A DNA stretch of 56,793 nt, counting the filler, from Trypethelium eluteriae (Eukaryota): NCBI GenBank assembly GCA_051942245.1. It is 3 parts of 3 records of this genome, joined end to end, with 100 filler letters (N's around TTAATTAATTAA, not from the genome) between each part and the next. Parts side by side here need not be neighbours in the genome. Positions count along the whole stretch, not along the records: positions 1 to 18,879 come from JAVECL010000543.1; 2 more parts are not named here. The stretch is one strand, 5' to 3'. How positions within the stretch are numbered: position 1 is the first letter of the stretch; every line of letters starts with the position of its first letter. Under the pieces are notes generated by a model. That model was not told the DNA's origin and made no database searches. It was given only the letters and a program-made list of their open reading frames with translations. Shown here one piece after another: positions 1 to 12,677 of the stretch. The translations under genes and the position numbers were made by a program.

Positions 1-440
1 TCCCTCGCCTTCCCCTCTGCGCCCTCATACACGCCCTCGAGCTCGCCCCTCCCCTCCTCGATCTCTCGCTCGTGCTCCTGGGCGTAGTACTCGCGATTGA
101 CGGTGCCAGTGGGACCAGGCGCGACCATCTTGAGCGCGGCGTCGCGCACCACGATGGGCAGGCCGAACTGCAGGTCCAGCATGCAGCACTGGCAGCAGTT
201 CTTGAGGCGCGCGCACGTGAGGCAGATGGCGGTGCGGGCGCGGCGCGCCGACGAGGTCCGGTCGGCGGGCTTCCACGAGAAGAGGGTGAAGGGGCGGGTG
301 CAGATTTTGCATTCGGCGCCGTAGTCGTCCTTGATCATTTGTACGTAGGGGTTGGTGGGGAGGCAGCGCTCGCATACGGACGGGAAGTCGGTGGTTTCCC
401 AGCCGGACCGGTTGAGGTCTTGTTTGATTTGCGGGGGCAT
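1..440 (-). CDS. SLT11: Pre-mRNA splicing factor Slt11/Ecm2 (RBM22 family), 5' part; runs off the window start
   Basis: Manual translation from the ATG at 440: MPPQIKQDLNRSGWETTDFPSVCERCLPTNPYVQMIKDDYGAECKICTRPFTLFSWK...CLTCARLKNCCQCCMLDLQFGLPIVVRDAALK. This is the Cys-rich N-terminus of Slt11/RBM22. It is absent from the ORF track because no stop lies inside the window. Confidence 0.95.
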   Translation of the reverse strand, partial: MPPQIKQDLNRSGWETTDFPSVCERCLPTNPYVQMIKDDYGAECKICTRPFTLFSWKPADRTSSARRARTAICLTCARLKNCCQCCMLDLQFGLPIVVRDAALKMVAPGPTGTVNREYYAQEHEREIEEGRGELEGVYEGAEGKAR

Positions 441-2410
441 GGTGTGTGGGGTTTTGGAGTTGGATCGTCAATGGGAAATAGTAAGGGAGCCGAGGGAGTT
501 ATGGGGTTGATGTGGTGTGGAAGCTCTAAGAAGGAAAATCTGAGTAATTTGCTTCGGCGGTGAAGGTGGGTGTGGCTGAGCTGGGTGGCGCAGGCTACGC
601 TCTAATTCATCGCACGCTGATTTGAGCACAGTGACACTGCGACTTTAACGTGCGTCCCTATGTCGCGGTTGAGAGACGCACGCCGTGGAGAGACAAACGA
701 CAGAGACTTCAAACCCAAGCAGCTCTAGAGTAGTGAACCGTCTACGCGCCTTTGCGAAGCACCTTTGATTCTTTCCAAAACTCAGCCGTACACTGGCCTC
801 CTGCTTCCAATGTCTACGGTATCCTTCAATGGAGCGTCCCAAGCCTGATTAAGAAATCTTTACAGGAATCTCGACAAACTAAAGAAAGAACATCTCTACA
901 TTTGCTACATGTTTTCTCTCTAAGCAGCGATTGACACATGTTGTCTGGAAGCACCCTAATGCACGTCATAAGCATGAGGCGCAAAAACTTAACTCAAAGA
1001 ATTCCATATAACATGCCACTGTTGGCTTTTAGCTGTTTTCAGCTGGCTATTTTGCGGCCCCCAAGCGAGCACCGCGAGCTACGAATAGGTCAATTGTCAG
1101 TCAGCTACCGCAAGAGTCAGATTGTATTTCGTCGAAAATCTGAGCGTTATAGAACCCCGTGGGGAATCATAGGCATATGGCACCCTCCGGGAAAGCCAGA
1201 CCCAAGGTTCTGAGACAATTGGAGGTTTGCTCTGTGGTTGAAGGAAGATAGCGACTTGACAGACTCTAAAGCGCCGCTGACTATGACTTAAGAGGACTTG
1301 ATAGCCTCCGATGGTGAGAACTACAGGGCCACCAAGGTTTAAATACTCTTGTCCTCCATCCTCGGAGATCTGGAACAATTGATTCTCAGAACACTATTCA
1401 ATGATCCAGTCGAAACTCTTCAGGTCAGTCATAAGTATAGTTTCGCTTGGTCCAAATACCTGTAAATGACCGCTATAGGTTGTCGGACTTTAATACCATG
1501 CTTTCAGCAGCTCAGGACCCCTCATTCTGATGGGGTTCAGTTGACTTGGATATAATCAGCAAGAGTACAGTAGCATGGTCTTCAGATTGGTATTTGCACG
1601 CAGATAGCCATGTCCCTTTCTCGTCTACTGCGTCAATTATTTAGCAGACAAGAAGCTAGAAAGCAATCTTGAGTTCTGTCTTGCTAATTATGATTGGCTC
1701 GCCACTCGCAGTGTTTCCCTTGCTCAAGGAGCATTAACAAACGCTGCAGGCGTGCAAAAGATGAAGCCGCTTTCGCAAGTCATTGTAGAGGAATTGGGCG
1801 GCGGCTGTATTCAAGAAGGGAGGCGTGAGCGGAACTTGACTCGCATAACATTGCGGGCAGCGCGACTTTGCCCTGACCTGCGCAGCCACATGAGTTGGTT
1901 TTACGCCTCAGACATCTCCTATGGTAGTGATCAACTTCAAACGCAGCAAACGCATAGCAGCGCCGTTTGATGCAATAAGGCGGTGACCTAACCTTATTTT
2001 GAGGAGCTCGGCAGTGACGCTAATCAAGCCAGATCACTGAAGGCGTGTATCTGCAAAGGCCCCATGCCTGATACTGCTAATACGCCTTAGCATTTTCAAC
2101 TTCGCTATGTCAAATTCAGGCCATGAAGTTTACTGCCAAATCCATGAGCGTGAGAGCTCCGTACTCAATCCTTAGGCCAAGGTGATAACTAACTGCGCTC
2201 TCTGAGTAGTCTGAGACTGTCCTCAACTGGCCGTATAAAGACACTCGGTGGAGCGTGGGAAGGGGGTCTGCAACATCCCGTCATGTAGCTCCGTTTACTT
2301 CGCTACCGACGCTTAAGGATGTTGCTACACGGGTGACAACGAAGGATCCTCAAATGAAATACATAAAGAGGATTCCACTCAGTTACATTCTTCTACAGTA
2401 CAGAGTTCAA

Positions 2411-4378
2411 ATGGCAACCATCACTGCTCCAGGCCGGTTACAGACTAGCACCTGCGCAAACAGATATGCTGGACAGCAGGGTTGCCGACTGGAAGGCAAG
2501 TTCACATGCAAAGACTGTTTTCTGGTCTCCGTGAGCTTTCCTTTCTTGTATCAATCTTACCGAATGCGCTAATCAAGCTGAAAGTATTGTGGCCCGGTAT
2601 GTCAGAAGGCCCATTGGGTCGATCATAAGAGAGACTGCAAGTCACCGCTGTCGAAAAGTACCTGGCAGCCGAGATGGGCGTTAGAGCATCGCACACCTGC
2701 GTTTGTGGGCGGGTCGCTGCAGGTCTCATTCGGAGGTCGAAAGTTTCTTTGGGGCAATATGCCTGCTTTTGACCTTGTCAATCTAGGTTCCAACGAAGGC
2801 ATGTATTACACTGGGCATCTCAAGCTTTTGTTTGGCGGTAGGTTTCTATGATAATTATATCTCGAACGCTGGCTCATAGCAATGTAGCATCCGGGGATCT
2901 TAGGAATGTTGTCAAGACCGTTGCATTTCTTCCAGAAGACTTTCACGGAAAGGTTTTCGTGACCCTCAACAATAGAGATTTCACCATCGTCGCCCGAAAC
3001 ATCATTATGCTGCTTGTCATCTTCACTTCTCAAGAGTTAAACGAAACTGTAACAAGCGTGATCCATCTTTGGTATTCAGCATTTATCAAGGACTCACATA
3101 TAGGCCTCCTCAACGATAGGGTACGACCATTAGTCGAAGCAGTCTGCGAGAAAATCGGAGCCAAAGCGCCTGGATCGACCTTGGGGAAGACGTGGATGTT
3201 CGGGTCTCGCTCGCTGCGGGTGGTTCTGCGAAAGGAAGAGTGGCTACTACTCCCTTCTTATCTGCAGGTTCCACACAGCTGGCCAAAGAGCAGACCACAG
3301 GAGATCCGCACCGCTTGCACGGTGGCAGAAGAACGTAGGGACTATAGAGAGCGGCGGATGCTGTCACAATCACCGTTCCACCGTCTGTGCATAGATAAGT
3401 TTCGCAGAGATGGTATTCTTATGCCATTTGGCTCTCCGAGAGAGGAGTTCAGCACCCCCAACCCGTAAGTACTGAAGCAATTTGTCCATGTACCGCTTGA
3501 CTAATACCACCTGAGGACTATCTTTGAAGAGACGGGAGGCTGGCCAATGAAGGATTCCGCCGATCCATTCGATGGTTGGGACCTGGGAGAAATCTTGCAA
3601 GTATACCATGGTCCGGCCAAAAATGACATCTACGGGAAGCTGCATTGCTTCTTGACAAATACCCTCTCTCGATTTTGCGGTCGTGTTTCGAAGCTTGAGA
3701 CTCATTTTGAACTCCTAAATGTTGGCGCCGAAAGCTTACCGGACTACCTCAAAGATAGGACGTTTTCCCGTATCGAGGTGCGTATTCATCCTCTACAAGC
3801 AGTGAATACTCAAAGATTTACTCAGTCTAGGTTTCCAATGTTTCCGATGCTGGCTATATCGGAATTGCAAAAACACTGCAGATCTTTAGACGTCTGCTTG
3901 ACAGTCCACATGATAACCCGCATGCAACGCTCGTGACTCTCTTCATGAACGCGGTAGATGAGACAGCAAATGCAAGGCAGGATGTAGAAAGCGTCAAAGC
4001 CGAGATGACGCAGCTGATGAAATACTTGCCTCCCAGCGGTGTCCCCTTGTGGAACGGCGACCCTGGGTTGATGAATACATCATTGGCGCGGCCACTTGTT
4101 CGTGACGCGGAGAATCTCTTCGATAGGTCGAGTTATCTTGCGAGCTTGAATGATTAGCTGACTGACACGTTGTCAGATACATGGAAACCCATCGCTTCAA
4201 GGAAGCTGAAAACCATTTTGACGTCAAGATGAAGGAACCTCATACCATAATTGAAAAATGGCCCACAAGGCTCAAGTTACGACATGGTGAACAAGGCTGG
4301 GAGGACGAGTTCAAGACCAAGCACAGCTCTGATCACTCTGGAAGTGAGCGTTACGTTGAATGGAAGAGAATCGATTGA
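2411..4378 (+). CDS. MYND-type zinc finger / DUF4470 domain protein, about 6 exons
   Basis: Exon 1 MATITAPG...CKDCFLVS, intron 2531-2584, then YCGPVCQKAHWVDHKRDCKSPL (MYND) and KFLWGNMPAFD. Intron 2838-2887, then ASGDLRNVVKTV...LNNRDFTIVARNIIMLL (DUF4470 signature). Further introns near 3466, 3778 and 4127; ends ERYVEWKRID*. Confidence 0.88.
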
Positions 4379-5382
4379 CTCAATTCCTCAACTTCTTCAG
4401 GAACTTTCTGGGTAATGCTCATGCTTGTGGTGTGACGCTGAAATACGGAGAGGAAAGATACACAGGTCTGAGCTGTAGATGAGTGAGAGTCGAACATCGT
4501 CAATCTTGCACTCTTCCAAAGGTGCAGAGCCAATTGAATCATCTATTTGGAGCATTGTAGGGACTGTGCCACCTGGCTACGCCTGGCTAGTCAGCATTGC
4601 ACAACATGTGGAATGGCAGCTGAAGGAAACAACGAACAATTGAGTGACCGCGCTACGCCCAAAGAAAAAGGAACGTTACACTATGATCCAGCAGATCAAG
4701 CCAGTCTGCTCTAAGTCAGTCCATTATATCATATAGCTACCGCAATTCTTCAATGCAAGCCACGTGAAACGTTGAATTCTGAGAGAAGCTTGGCGATCTC
4801 TCTGACCCTCGCTTCTTTCTCCGGACAGACTCTGTGTGTCGATTTCTCTATACTCCGTGCCTTCAAAAGCTTGCACCTATATCCTTTCTTAATCGGACCA
4901 TCGTATCATGATTCCAAAAAATGCAGACAGGCCGATGGTCGTAATGAAGTAGGGGTCACAGCTAACGCAGCTCCCCACGGCATCGCCATAACGATCGACT
5001 CCAGGACCAAATCCGCGGGAATTCTTATTACAGACTGCTTTCCCCAATGGAGAAATCGCTGAAAAACATTGACACACAGACCATAACTTCATAGACTTCG
5101 GAGAGAGTCTCCAGAGGTCTAATCATGGAAATCGGCTTGTGATACAGGACCCCTGGTTAACGTTGCTCAAGTCGTTTCACAAGACTTCTCCGGATTGGCA
5201 CACTCGTCATTTTCTACAGAGAACACCACCAAGAAACATGTGCAAATTAGCAGATCAGAGATAGAGCCCGAAGTTCAATTAAGCTGTATGGTATCGACGT
5301 TCGTCAGGCGCGACGGTCCGATTAGGTATCTATAACGCAACGAATGTTCATTAAACCCGGTTCCACCATCCTCTTCATAACC

Positions 5383-8300
5383 TCAAGCCTCCTGCGAACC
5401 CTCCGCATCATCATCAAGCGTTTCGCTAGCTAGACTCAAGTCGCCAATGCTCGGGGTCTTATCTCCTTTCCTTGTCATCCGCTTCGTAATCGAGCTCCAA
5501 CTCAGTCCACTGCTCCTACTGCGCCCATCATCTAGCAGGTCTCCACTCTTGCTTTGTCCACTCTGACCATCGCCCTCCACATCCTCGCGGGTAGGCGTGT
5601 CAGACGTCGGTGTGGGCACGTCATTGTTCTTGCGGGATGAGAAGAATCCACTGGTCTTACCTTTCACGGATCCCTTAGACGTGAGGCTGGAGAGGTGAGG
5701 GAAGTTGCTAGTGCTACCTTTGCGCGTAATTTTATGGTGCCACTTAGACTCTTTTGTCGCGCTCGACGGAGTTTGAGACTCTGATGCAGTATGCGATAGG
5801 GACCGTGTGAGAGAATCGGGGCGTTCGAGGGATTCGCCCGGGTCTGTTTGTGAATCGGTGGTGTAGAGCGAAGGGGTATCCTTTGAAAAGCGAAAGTCCG
5901 ATGGTGAATCGTCGGTTGATTGATCGTCCTTTTCATCCTCTACGACTGGTGCACTTTCTTTCTCTTTGCCTTTGGATTTAGATTTGGTCTTCTCGGTCTT
6001 CTCGGTCTTGTCGCCCTTCTCTTCTTTCTTGTCTCGTGAAAAAATGTTGAAGCTCTTGGCAGCGGGATTGAGTCTGCCCGTTGTTTGTGCTCTCTTGGAG
6101 GGTTTGGTGCCTATGGGGGCCTGTGGAGGTGTGGCTGGCTCTGATGGGATATCCGGCGGATCGCTTTCCACCAATGTTTCACCATAGGGGAATCCACCGG
6201 ACTGACTGTATTGCTCCGATGCTCGACGTGAAGGATGCCGTGAAAAGGAATGAGTTGAAGTCATCGCCAACCAGTCAGGGTAGATGGGGCTTGACTGCCG
6301 TGCCATCATTGGATTGAAGGCATTGATTAGAGCATTATCGTCAGGTCTTGGTAGCTCGGATGAATGCGTAGAAAGAGGACGAGGTGATCTTGTCCGATCA
6401 TCTGATGTGAATGGGTAGGGCCATCGTTCGCCGGTGTTTTCTTTGGCATTCCTAGCTGAGCTACGACCGAACACATTCGATACATGGCCCAGCAGGTGAT
6501 TGGAGCGGCTCCCTCCACGAAGCTGCACTTCAGCGGGATCTGTTGTCGATTGGTCTTGCCTCGGCATTGACTGACTCTGGTTTGGAGGCAAAGACCCAAG
6601 GGCAGGTAGCCCTTCGCTTTCAGGATTCGTATTTGTGCGGGAACGAGTAAAGCCAAAGATATTGTGAAATCGACTGTGAGCTCCAGCGGTGCCTCGATTG
6701 GAACCTGTTGAACGGATTGACCTCCTATCGCTATCCATGAGGCTATCTGACGCAGTCTGATGCAGACTTGGTGCACTGTCTCTCGGGCTAGCAAACCCAC
6801 TTGGTGAATGACTACTGGCTGAGGCCGGAGAGTGTGGATTATCCGCGCCAACATTCCTGCTTGTCTGGGCTACAAATCCAGAGGACTGACGTTCTTGTAT
6901 GGCTCCTAGGCCCGGTAATTTGTCGTCTGCACTGGGATTTGTCGACCAATTCTCTGCAACTGGAAATCCTCCCGGGAGGTTATCAGGTCCACTGAAAGCT
7001 CCTGAAGATCGATCCCCTGAAGTGAGTCCTGTCACCTGTCGATCCCCAAGATTGAATCCAACGCGAGATTGGGAGCCTGAATTCGAGCCATCACTAGTCC
7101 TCTCATCCGCGACTCCCTCATCATGTCCTTCTTCGCTCGGATCATCCCCAAGAAGTCCAGAAGGAAGGAGGCTGTGTGCTGTTGGGCTCATTGGGGCACC
7201 TCCAGTTAGTTGATCAACATCAGACCGAGATAAAGAGGACCCAGGGGCGCTGTCGCTTAGAGCCATGGTATTCATGGAAATCCAGGGGGGAGCGGTAAGC
7301 GCTGGTGATATGCTAGTTATGCTGCCGGAGTGTGAGCCCCCCGTGGTGGTTGGGAAACCTGTAATCGGGGAGGAGTCCAGCGTCCGAAAGGTAGGAATTT
7401 GCCGTCTCCTTAAACTTGGGTTCTGCAACGGAACACTCTCTAAAGAAGGAGTAGGGGAGAAGGCATGAGATTGAGGCGGTTGTGACTGTTGCAAATAGTC
7501 CAGCATTTGACATGATTGGGTGAGCATCGATCTTGCTTGTTGCACCCCTGCAAAGGCTCGAGTATACTGGCTTTGGAGTTTATTCAAATTTTCATTGGCA
7601 TGCCTTTCCTCTTCGGCTTCACGCCGTTCCTGGCCACCATCGTCTCCCTCCTTTCCCAAATCCTGCTCGTCCTTTCGCTGGTCCTCAAGATCCTTGACTC
7701 GGAGACCAGTTCGATGAAGCTCATCTTCGACAGTGCGATTTTTGCCGACTTCTTGGTCATATTGACTCTGCAACTTGGCCATCTTTTCTTCATTAGCGGC
7801 ACGGGCTTGACATTCCTCGTCACGCATTCGCGTCACAGCTTCTTCGTTCTCTTCTATTTCACGAGACCATCGAGCCATGTCATCCTCCATGCGTTTGCGT
7901 TCGCTTTGTTTCTGTCGCAAGATTTTTTCCTTCTTCTGCTGCTTGTTCTCAGCCTGACGAACCTGGTTTTCCAATCCGTTCATTTCTTTCTTAATGTCTC
8001 GGGATTTGTCATCTTTGTCTTTGAGTTCCTGTCTAACTTTGTCCCTATCAGCCATAAGGGTTTGCCTTTGGCCATTGTATTCTTCTTCCTCTTCAGCAAG
8101 CTGCTTTTCGACCTCGTCTGTCTCCCTCCGAAGGCCTTCAAGCCTTTCCGTAAGTTGTTGCACAGTTTCGGCGGTAGCGTACGAAGCTCTTCGTTCTATT
8201 GGACTACTCGGCTGTTCGTGCATGGCGGTCGCGGGAGATGAGCGCCGACTAGCAGTCATGCGCCTGGCGTGAGATTGACTGCCGCTGTGTTCTCTTGTCA

Positions 8301-8976
8301 TGGAAGGCGCGATAGGAGAAGGCGTCGATGCAGTCTGGAAAAGCTTGTACGGCTTGACTTTGGGTGGTCGGTCAGATCCATCCTTATCATTCTCTGCCGC
8401 ATCAGAATCGGCCTCGATACTTTCGAAACGGTCGCCATTATCACCGGAACTCGTTTTCACTCGGATGGGGCAACTTGCGGAAGAAAAATCGGACGAGTTC
8501 ACGGCCACCACTCGGACATTGTAGAAGTGGTCCGATTTGAGCCCTGTAACAGATATTGACGTTTCGTTATGCGATGTCTCGCCGACTGTGGTTCGCTTTG
8601 TTAGCTTTGCCAACACGTTTTGGGGTAAATACGCACTTGTTATGCCATTCAGCCGTAACTGGTATTTGACGATTGAAGTTCGGTTATGTGGCACCTTCCA
8701 GTGGAGAATGAAGCCATCGGATTTGACACCTGCAAGGGAGACACTTGGGGTGGCCGGTACTTCAAGGCCTAGAAGATTGATAAGGTCGTCAACAGGTTTT
8801 GTGACGACTTGCCAGGTCCGATAGCCAAGCCTGAGGACGCGTTAACTGCGATCGATGTAAAATTGAGCACAATCATGGAGTACTGACCAAGTCAAGGCGA
8901 CGGAAACCAACACGGTACGAAGATAGGTGATTAAGTCTACCACTAAGGTCTCGAGGCTATATGATATGCCGATCAT
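5383..8976 (-). CDS. Fibronectin type III domain protein with N-terminal membrane anchor, coiled coil and long disordered tail
   Basis: ATG at 8976 (MIGISYSLETLVVDLITYLRTVLVSVALTW), one intron ~8831-8887, then LGYRTWQVVTKPVDDLINLLGLEVPATPSVSLAGV...LHWK leading into the 1103-aa ORF. Contains the FN3 motif SVTGLKSDHFYNVRVVAVN and an E/K/Q-rich coiled coil. Confidence 0.88.
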
Positions 8977-9433
8977 GGCGTGGCTGCAGAATGACCTTGA
9001 ATAGAGTCCGACATACCAATAGACGCGATAGGGGTCTAGAAATAATTAACAAGTCGTAGCGTCTTGATTTGCAGGAAAATTGAGTTGTTAGGCGTGTCGG
9101 TGGAGCCGTGGAGCCGCACTCGCAGCATCGCTTCCGCACTATCAATGCCACTTTGACGTAAGCCCACTTGCACCTTCCCATTGGCTGAGCTCAACAACGC
9201 CCCCAAGCTTCTGCAACTTTTCATGTGAAAAGACAAGGACAGCACTTCTATTGAATACTCGATATCTAAGTCTATGGCAGGTTGTGGAGGGGTATTGCCT
9301 AGTGGCGTCCAAAATCCTTCTACCAGCAATGGAGCGACATATACACATACACCCAAGACAGCCCTCTTTGTACTCCCAATGCTCGAAGTATGCTCGGACT
9401 TCTTCCCAGAAACGCCTAATCGCCCATGTGATA

Positions 9434-11074
9434 TCAATGCAGCTGCGATAGGACTGGTCCTCCCTTGGTCAGTTCTGTCAACATCTCGCCTTCCACAATA
9501 GCACTTTCTGGGCTATTATCAGTCCCTTTGTGGCTGGTAGCATCGGCACTGCTTCCATCGGATTCATCTCTTTCTTCGGCTTCCGCGCTCACATTGATCC
9601 ACCCCCGAACGCTCCCATCCGCCGCTAATATTTTCCAGTCTCTTCGGCTACCATGCATATAACCCTCACCCATACCATTTTTAATTTCTACGTCCGAAGC
9701 AGGGTCATTCTTCGACTCCTGAGTCTCTTCAGCATCAATGTGCGGTGTGTCCGCAACATCTATCCCGCACGTTCGAAGTGTTTGAAGAATTGCTCTAGAA
9801 TTCAAACGTACGACTCTCTCAGGTTCCATGGCTCCAAAAATCTTGCGCGTAAACCATGGGAAGAGGATACCGAAATCAGACTGACTCAAGTGTGCTGAGT
9901 TTAGGGGGTAGAAAAATCGGGGTTTTGTGAAGCGCGTGCTGTGCTCTGGCAGGTCAGAGGCCGGCGGGGCAAGGGCACATCTAGTGTCGTTCAAGTTCGT
10001 CTGCCACTTGAAGAAAGCTTCGCTAAGAATGGCAAGAAGAGTATTCCCACCGGGAGCCGAATTACAGGTGCCATCATAACTCGGCATGGGCTTTTTCGAA
10101 AGCCACGCCGTATATGGGCTTTGGAGTGGCATTGCCCAGAGATCGAGAACGATTACTGGAGAATGGGGCGTTATCTGGTGTACTAGCTGTGAGTCCCAGG
10201 GAGGTGAGTAGAGAGGAACGTATCCTTCCACTGCAGGATTCGAGCATCTCCAGTAAACTGATTTGACGAATTGAATAGTTGTTGCCGCTCCGAAGGAATG
10301 CCCTGCCCAAGTTATGCTCCCTGGTGTGTGGATATCTAGAGCACGAGCCAACCCAGAAACAGTTCCCGATGTCGAGCCTGCTTCTTTGCTTCCTAGAGTT
10401 GTCAATTTCTCACCAGAGTCTATTTTGAGCAAGGCAGCATATACAAGTGAGAGTTCCCACAACCGCATCTTCAATTGCTGGTCACGAGCAGAGTAGACGC
10501 TGGGCGAAGGTGCGTGCGAGTGGCGTTCGTACCGTATCGTCCGAGGTTCCGTCGTTTTCGTAGCCCGGACAAACGAGATAGGTGCACTCGCGTCTCGATG
10601 CTCCGTGGCGATCACAACCATTCCATGGCTTGCCAGTGATCCCAAAAGATGTGAATATGTGTTTCTGGTACCACCTAGCCCGTGGGAAAAGACGAGGACA
10701 GGCCATCTACCTGAAGAGTTCTCGGGTTTCAGCATAGGAGCGTTTCGTGTGACTGGTATAGTAATGTAATACAGGTGAGGTGCGAAATAAGAGATTGCAC
10801 CCGAAAGTGCAGGACCAGCGCCGAGGAAACTGGCGAAGGCCGAGAATGAAGACCTCTGTGGGTCAGGGAGCCAACGTACAGGTCTCCTCTTTTTCGAACC
10901 ATTTTCGCAAGGATAGAAAATCCGGAATGCAACAGTAGCAATGTCGGCGTCAGGGCCAGAGTGTGACCTCTCCAGTTCACTCGTAGGTAGTTCGAGATCG
11001 AGTGAGCCTACCGAGTAAGGTCCTGCATAGGCCGGAAAGGACCGTATAGGGTTGAGCGAAGTATTCCACACCAT
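9434..11074 (-). CDS. Platelet-activating factor acetylhydrolase family (PAF-AH II-like) alpha/beta hydrolase
   Basis: 546-aa single-exon ORF with FPAYAGPYSVGS, RIFYPC, PVLVFSHGLGGTRNTYS, EHRDAS, nucleophile GHSFG, LDLW and AHLSQSDF motifs. Confidence 0.93.
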   Translation of the reverse strand: MVWNTSLNPIRSFPAYAGPYSVGSLDLELPTSELERSHSGPDADIATVAFRIFYPCENGSKKRRPVRWLPDPQRSSFSAFASFLGAGPALSGAISYFAPHLYYITIPVTRNAPMLKPENSSGRWPVLVFSHGLGGTRNTYSHLLGSLASHGMVVIATEHRDASAPISFVRATKTTEPRTIRYERHSHAPSPSVYSARDQQLKMRLWELSLVYAALLKIDSGEKLTTLGSKEAGSTSGTVSGLARALDIHTPGSITWAGHSFGAATTIQFVKSVYWRCSNPAVEGYVPLYSPPWDSQLVHQITPHSPVIVLDLWAMPLQSPYTAWLSKKPMPSYDGTCNSAPGGNTLLAILSEAFFKWQTNLNDTRCALAPPASDLPEHSTRFTKPRFFYPLNSAHLSQSDFGILFPWFTRKIFGAMEPERVVRLNSRAILQTLRTCGIDVADTPHIDAEETQESKNDPASDVEIKNGMGEGYMHGSRRDWKILAADGSVRGWINVSAEAEERDESDGSSADATSHKGTDNSPESAIVEGEMLTELTKGGPVLSQLH

Positions 11075-12677
11075 CTCGAAGACGTTTCAAGCTGGATACG
11101 GTAGTGGATGAATTTTGTAGAAGTGCTTATGGTAGAAAAGTCCAGAAGTGCAATGCTGAAGTGTAGGTGCCTCGGAGAAGGAGATTCTAAAAGACGGAAA
11201 GAGATATGTGAAACTGAATCAAGAGCACGCGACACACTGTGACACCCCAAGATCAAGCCCAGGTCTGAAGAAGAGTGACGTCTTTTGCCGAGCGCCGATA
11301 TGCATGTCGGCGCGTCTAGTGCGGCGAGCGTGGCGGGTGGCGCTACCAAGAAAATTTTGTTCAGAAGATCCGCGGACGCTGTGAATGGGCTCGCTGGCAA
11401 AGCTTGTGGTTCTGTAACCTCCTGTCCGAGGAAGATGGAGAGTGGCAGAGCGCAGTGATGGCCAAGATAAGGAGGGCGGCAGTGCGCGCTGCTGCACAGA
11501 CTGTGAGACCAACATCCTCAGCTATAATTAGTCTCCAGCTCCGACATACTTCATATGGATGTACGATTTGGCGTTCACGACTCAATCAATTCTTTCAAGC
11601 TCCAAAAATCACTTGGTGCTATGCGGCAAATAAATGGGTTGAAGTAGTCAAACCATCTAAACTTGTCAATGCTTACTCTTCTAGGAAGTTGCGTATCAAA
11701 AGCTCCCTTGCCGTGAAGCAAGAGCAAAAGCAACCTTGAGTAAAGGTTTTTGAATATAAGGAAGTAGATGATATGAGCGACGAATATTTGAGAACATCGT
11801 AGAAGGCAGCAGATGACCGAATTTTGACAATGCTTTGCATGTCTAGAAAAGGTTTTAGTATCCTTATCGTATTAGTGGACTCGTGGCAACGACTTTTTGT
11901 AGTTTTCGATTGTCGAGGTCTCAAAGACTGCATAGATTCAGCCCCCTTTTTTTTCCGTACCATCACTATGGGTCTATACTCCGTACCTTCCTAAAAGACT
12001 CACCAATTACTTGCCCTTCGAACCTAGCATCCTAGGATTGGCCCGCCGAGAGAAATTGTTGTTCAGATCCTTATTCGCACATGGCGGGATGCGCCAACGA
12101 GATTCCAGGTTTGAAGTTACGGAATCAAGACATTTACCAATTCTATTGATACCGACCAAGATGCCTAGTGACTCGTATACACAGAGCCGTTACGGAAAGT
12201 GTTTCTAATAGCTCGCAGGACGAGCCTCGAGTCCCAGACTTTTGATAGTCCGTACCCTGAAGCAGAGTAACAAACCATCAGCTGACGGAAACGAGAGATT
12301 GAAGTAAGCACGTGTAGATTGAATATTCACTACTGGGATCATGCTGATATCTATTGTCAACAAGCGAATCTAGAAAAATCGGGGCAAAGACGAGGTAATT
12401 TAGGCGAAAGCTCAAAATACGTGAACCCATCTTGATAAAGATAACGATGACGTCGCTTGCAGGCCCACCAACCCCTTGCGCTCTAACACGCGTTGGCCCG
12501 CGTTTAAGTAGCATTCTGGTGAGCCTGAACAGCCTGCATAGCTTGTCTTGTGAAACTTCATGTTATGGGTATCTTTGCCTCAGGTCGAAGCTTGAAAAGA
12601 GAGCTGCATGACGTCTGCATTTTGGGCCTTCTCCACTATTGTATCTTATTGTAAACAATCATCGACCATTCAACATC

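Noticed and set aside
25..563. Track ORFs 25..471(-) and 72..563(+)
   Set aside because: Shadow frames of SLT11, kept open by high GC; the true frame starts at 440 on the minus strand.
600..2400. Short ORFs or a relic element in long intergenic tracts (also 28200-29700, 32000-33500, 34600-36100)
   Set aside because: I saw no transposase/RT motifs, terminal repeats, RIP-like AT richness or coherent exon chains.
11008..11400. 130-aa ORF overlapping the PAF-AH start
   Set aside because: It begins at TTG with no family resemblance. A 28-codon ATG ORF at 11219-11305 cannot be supported without TSS data.
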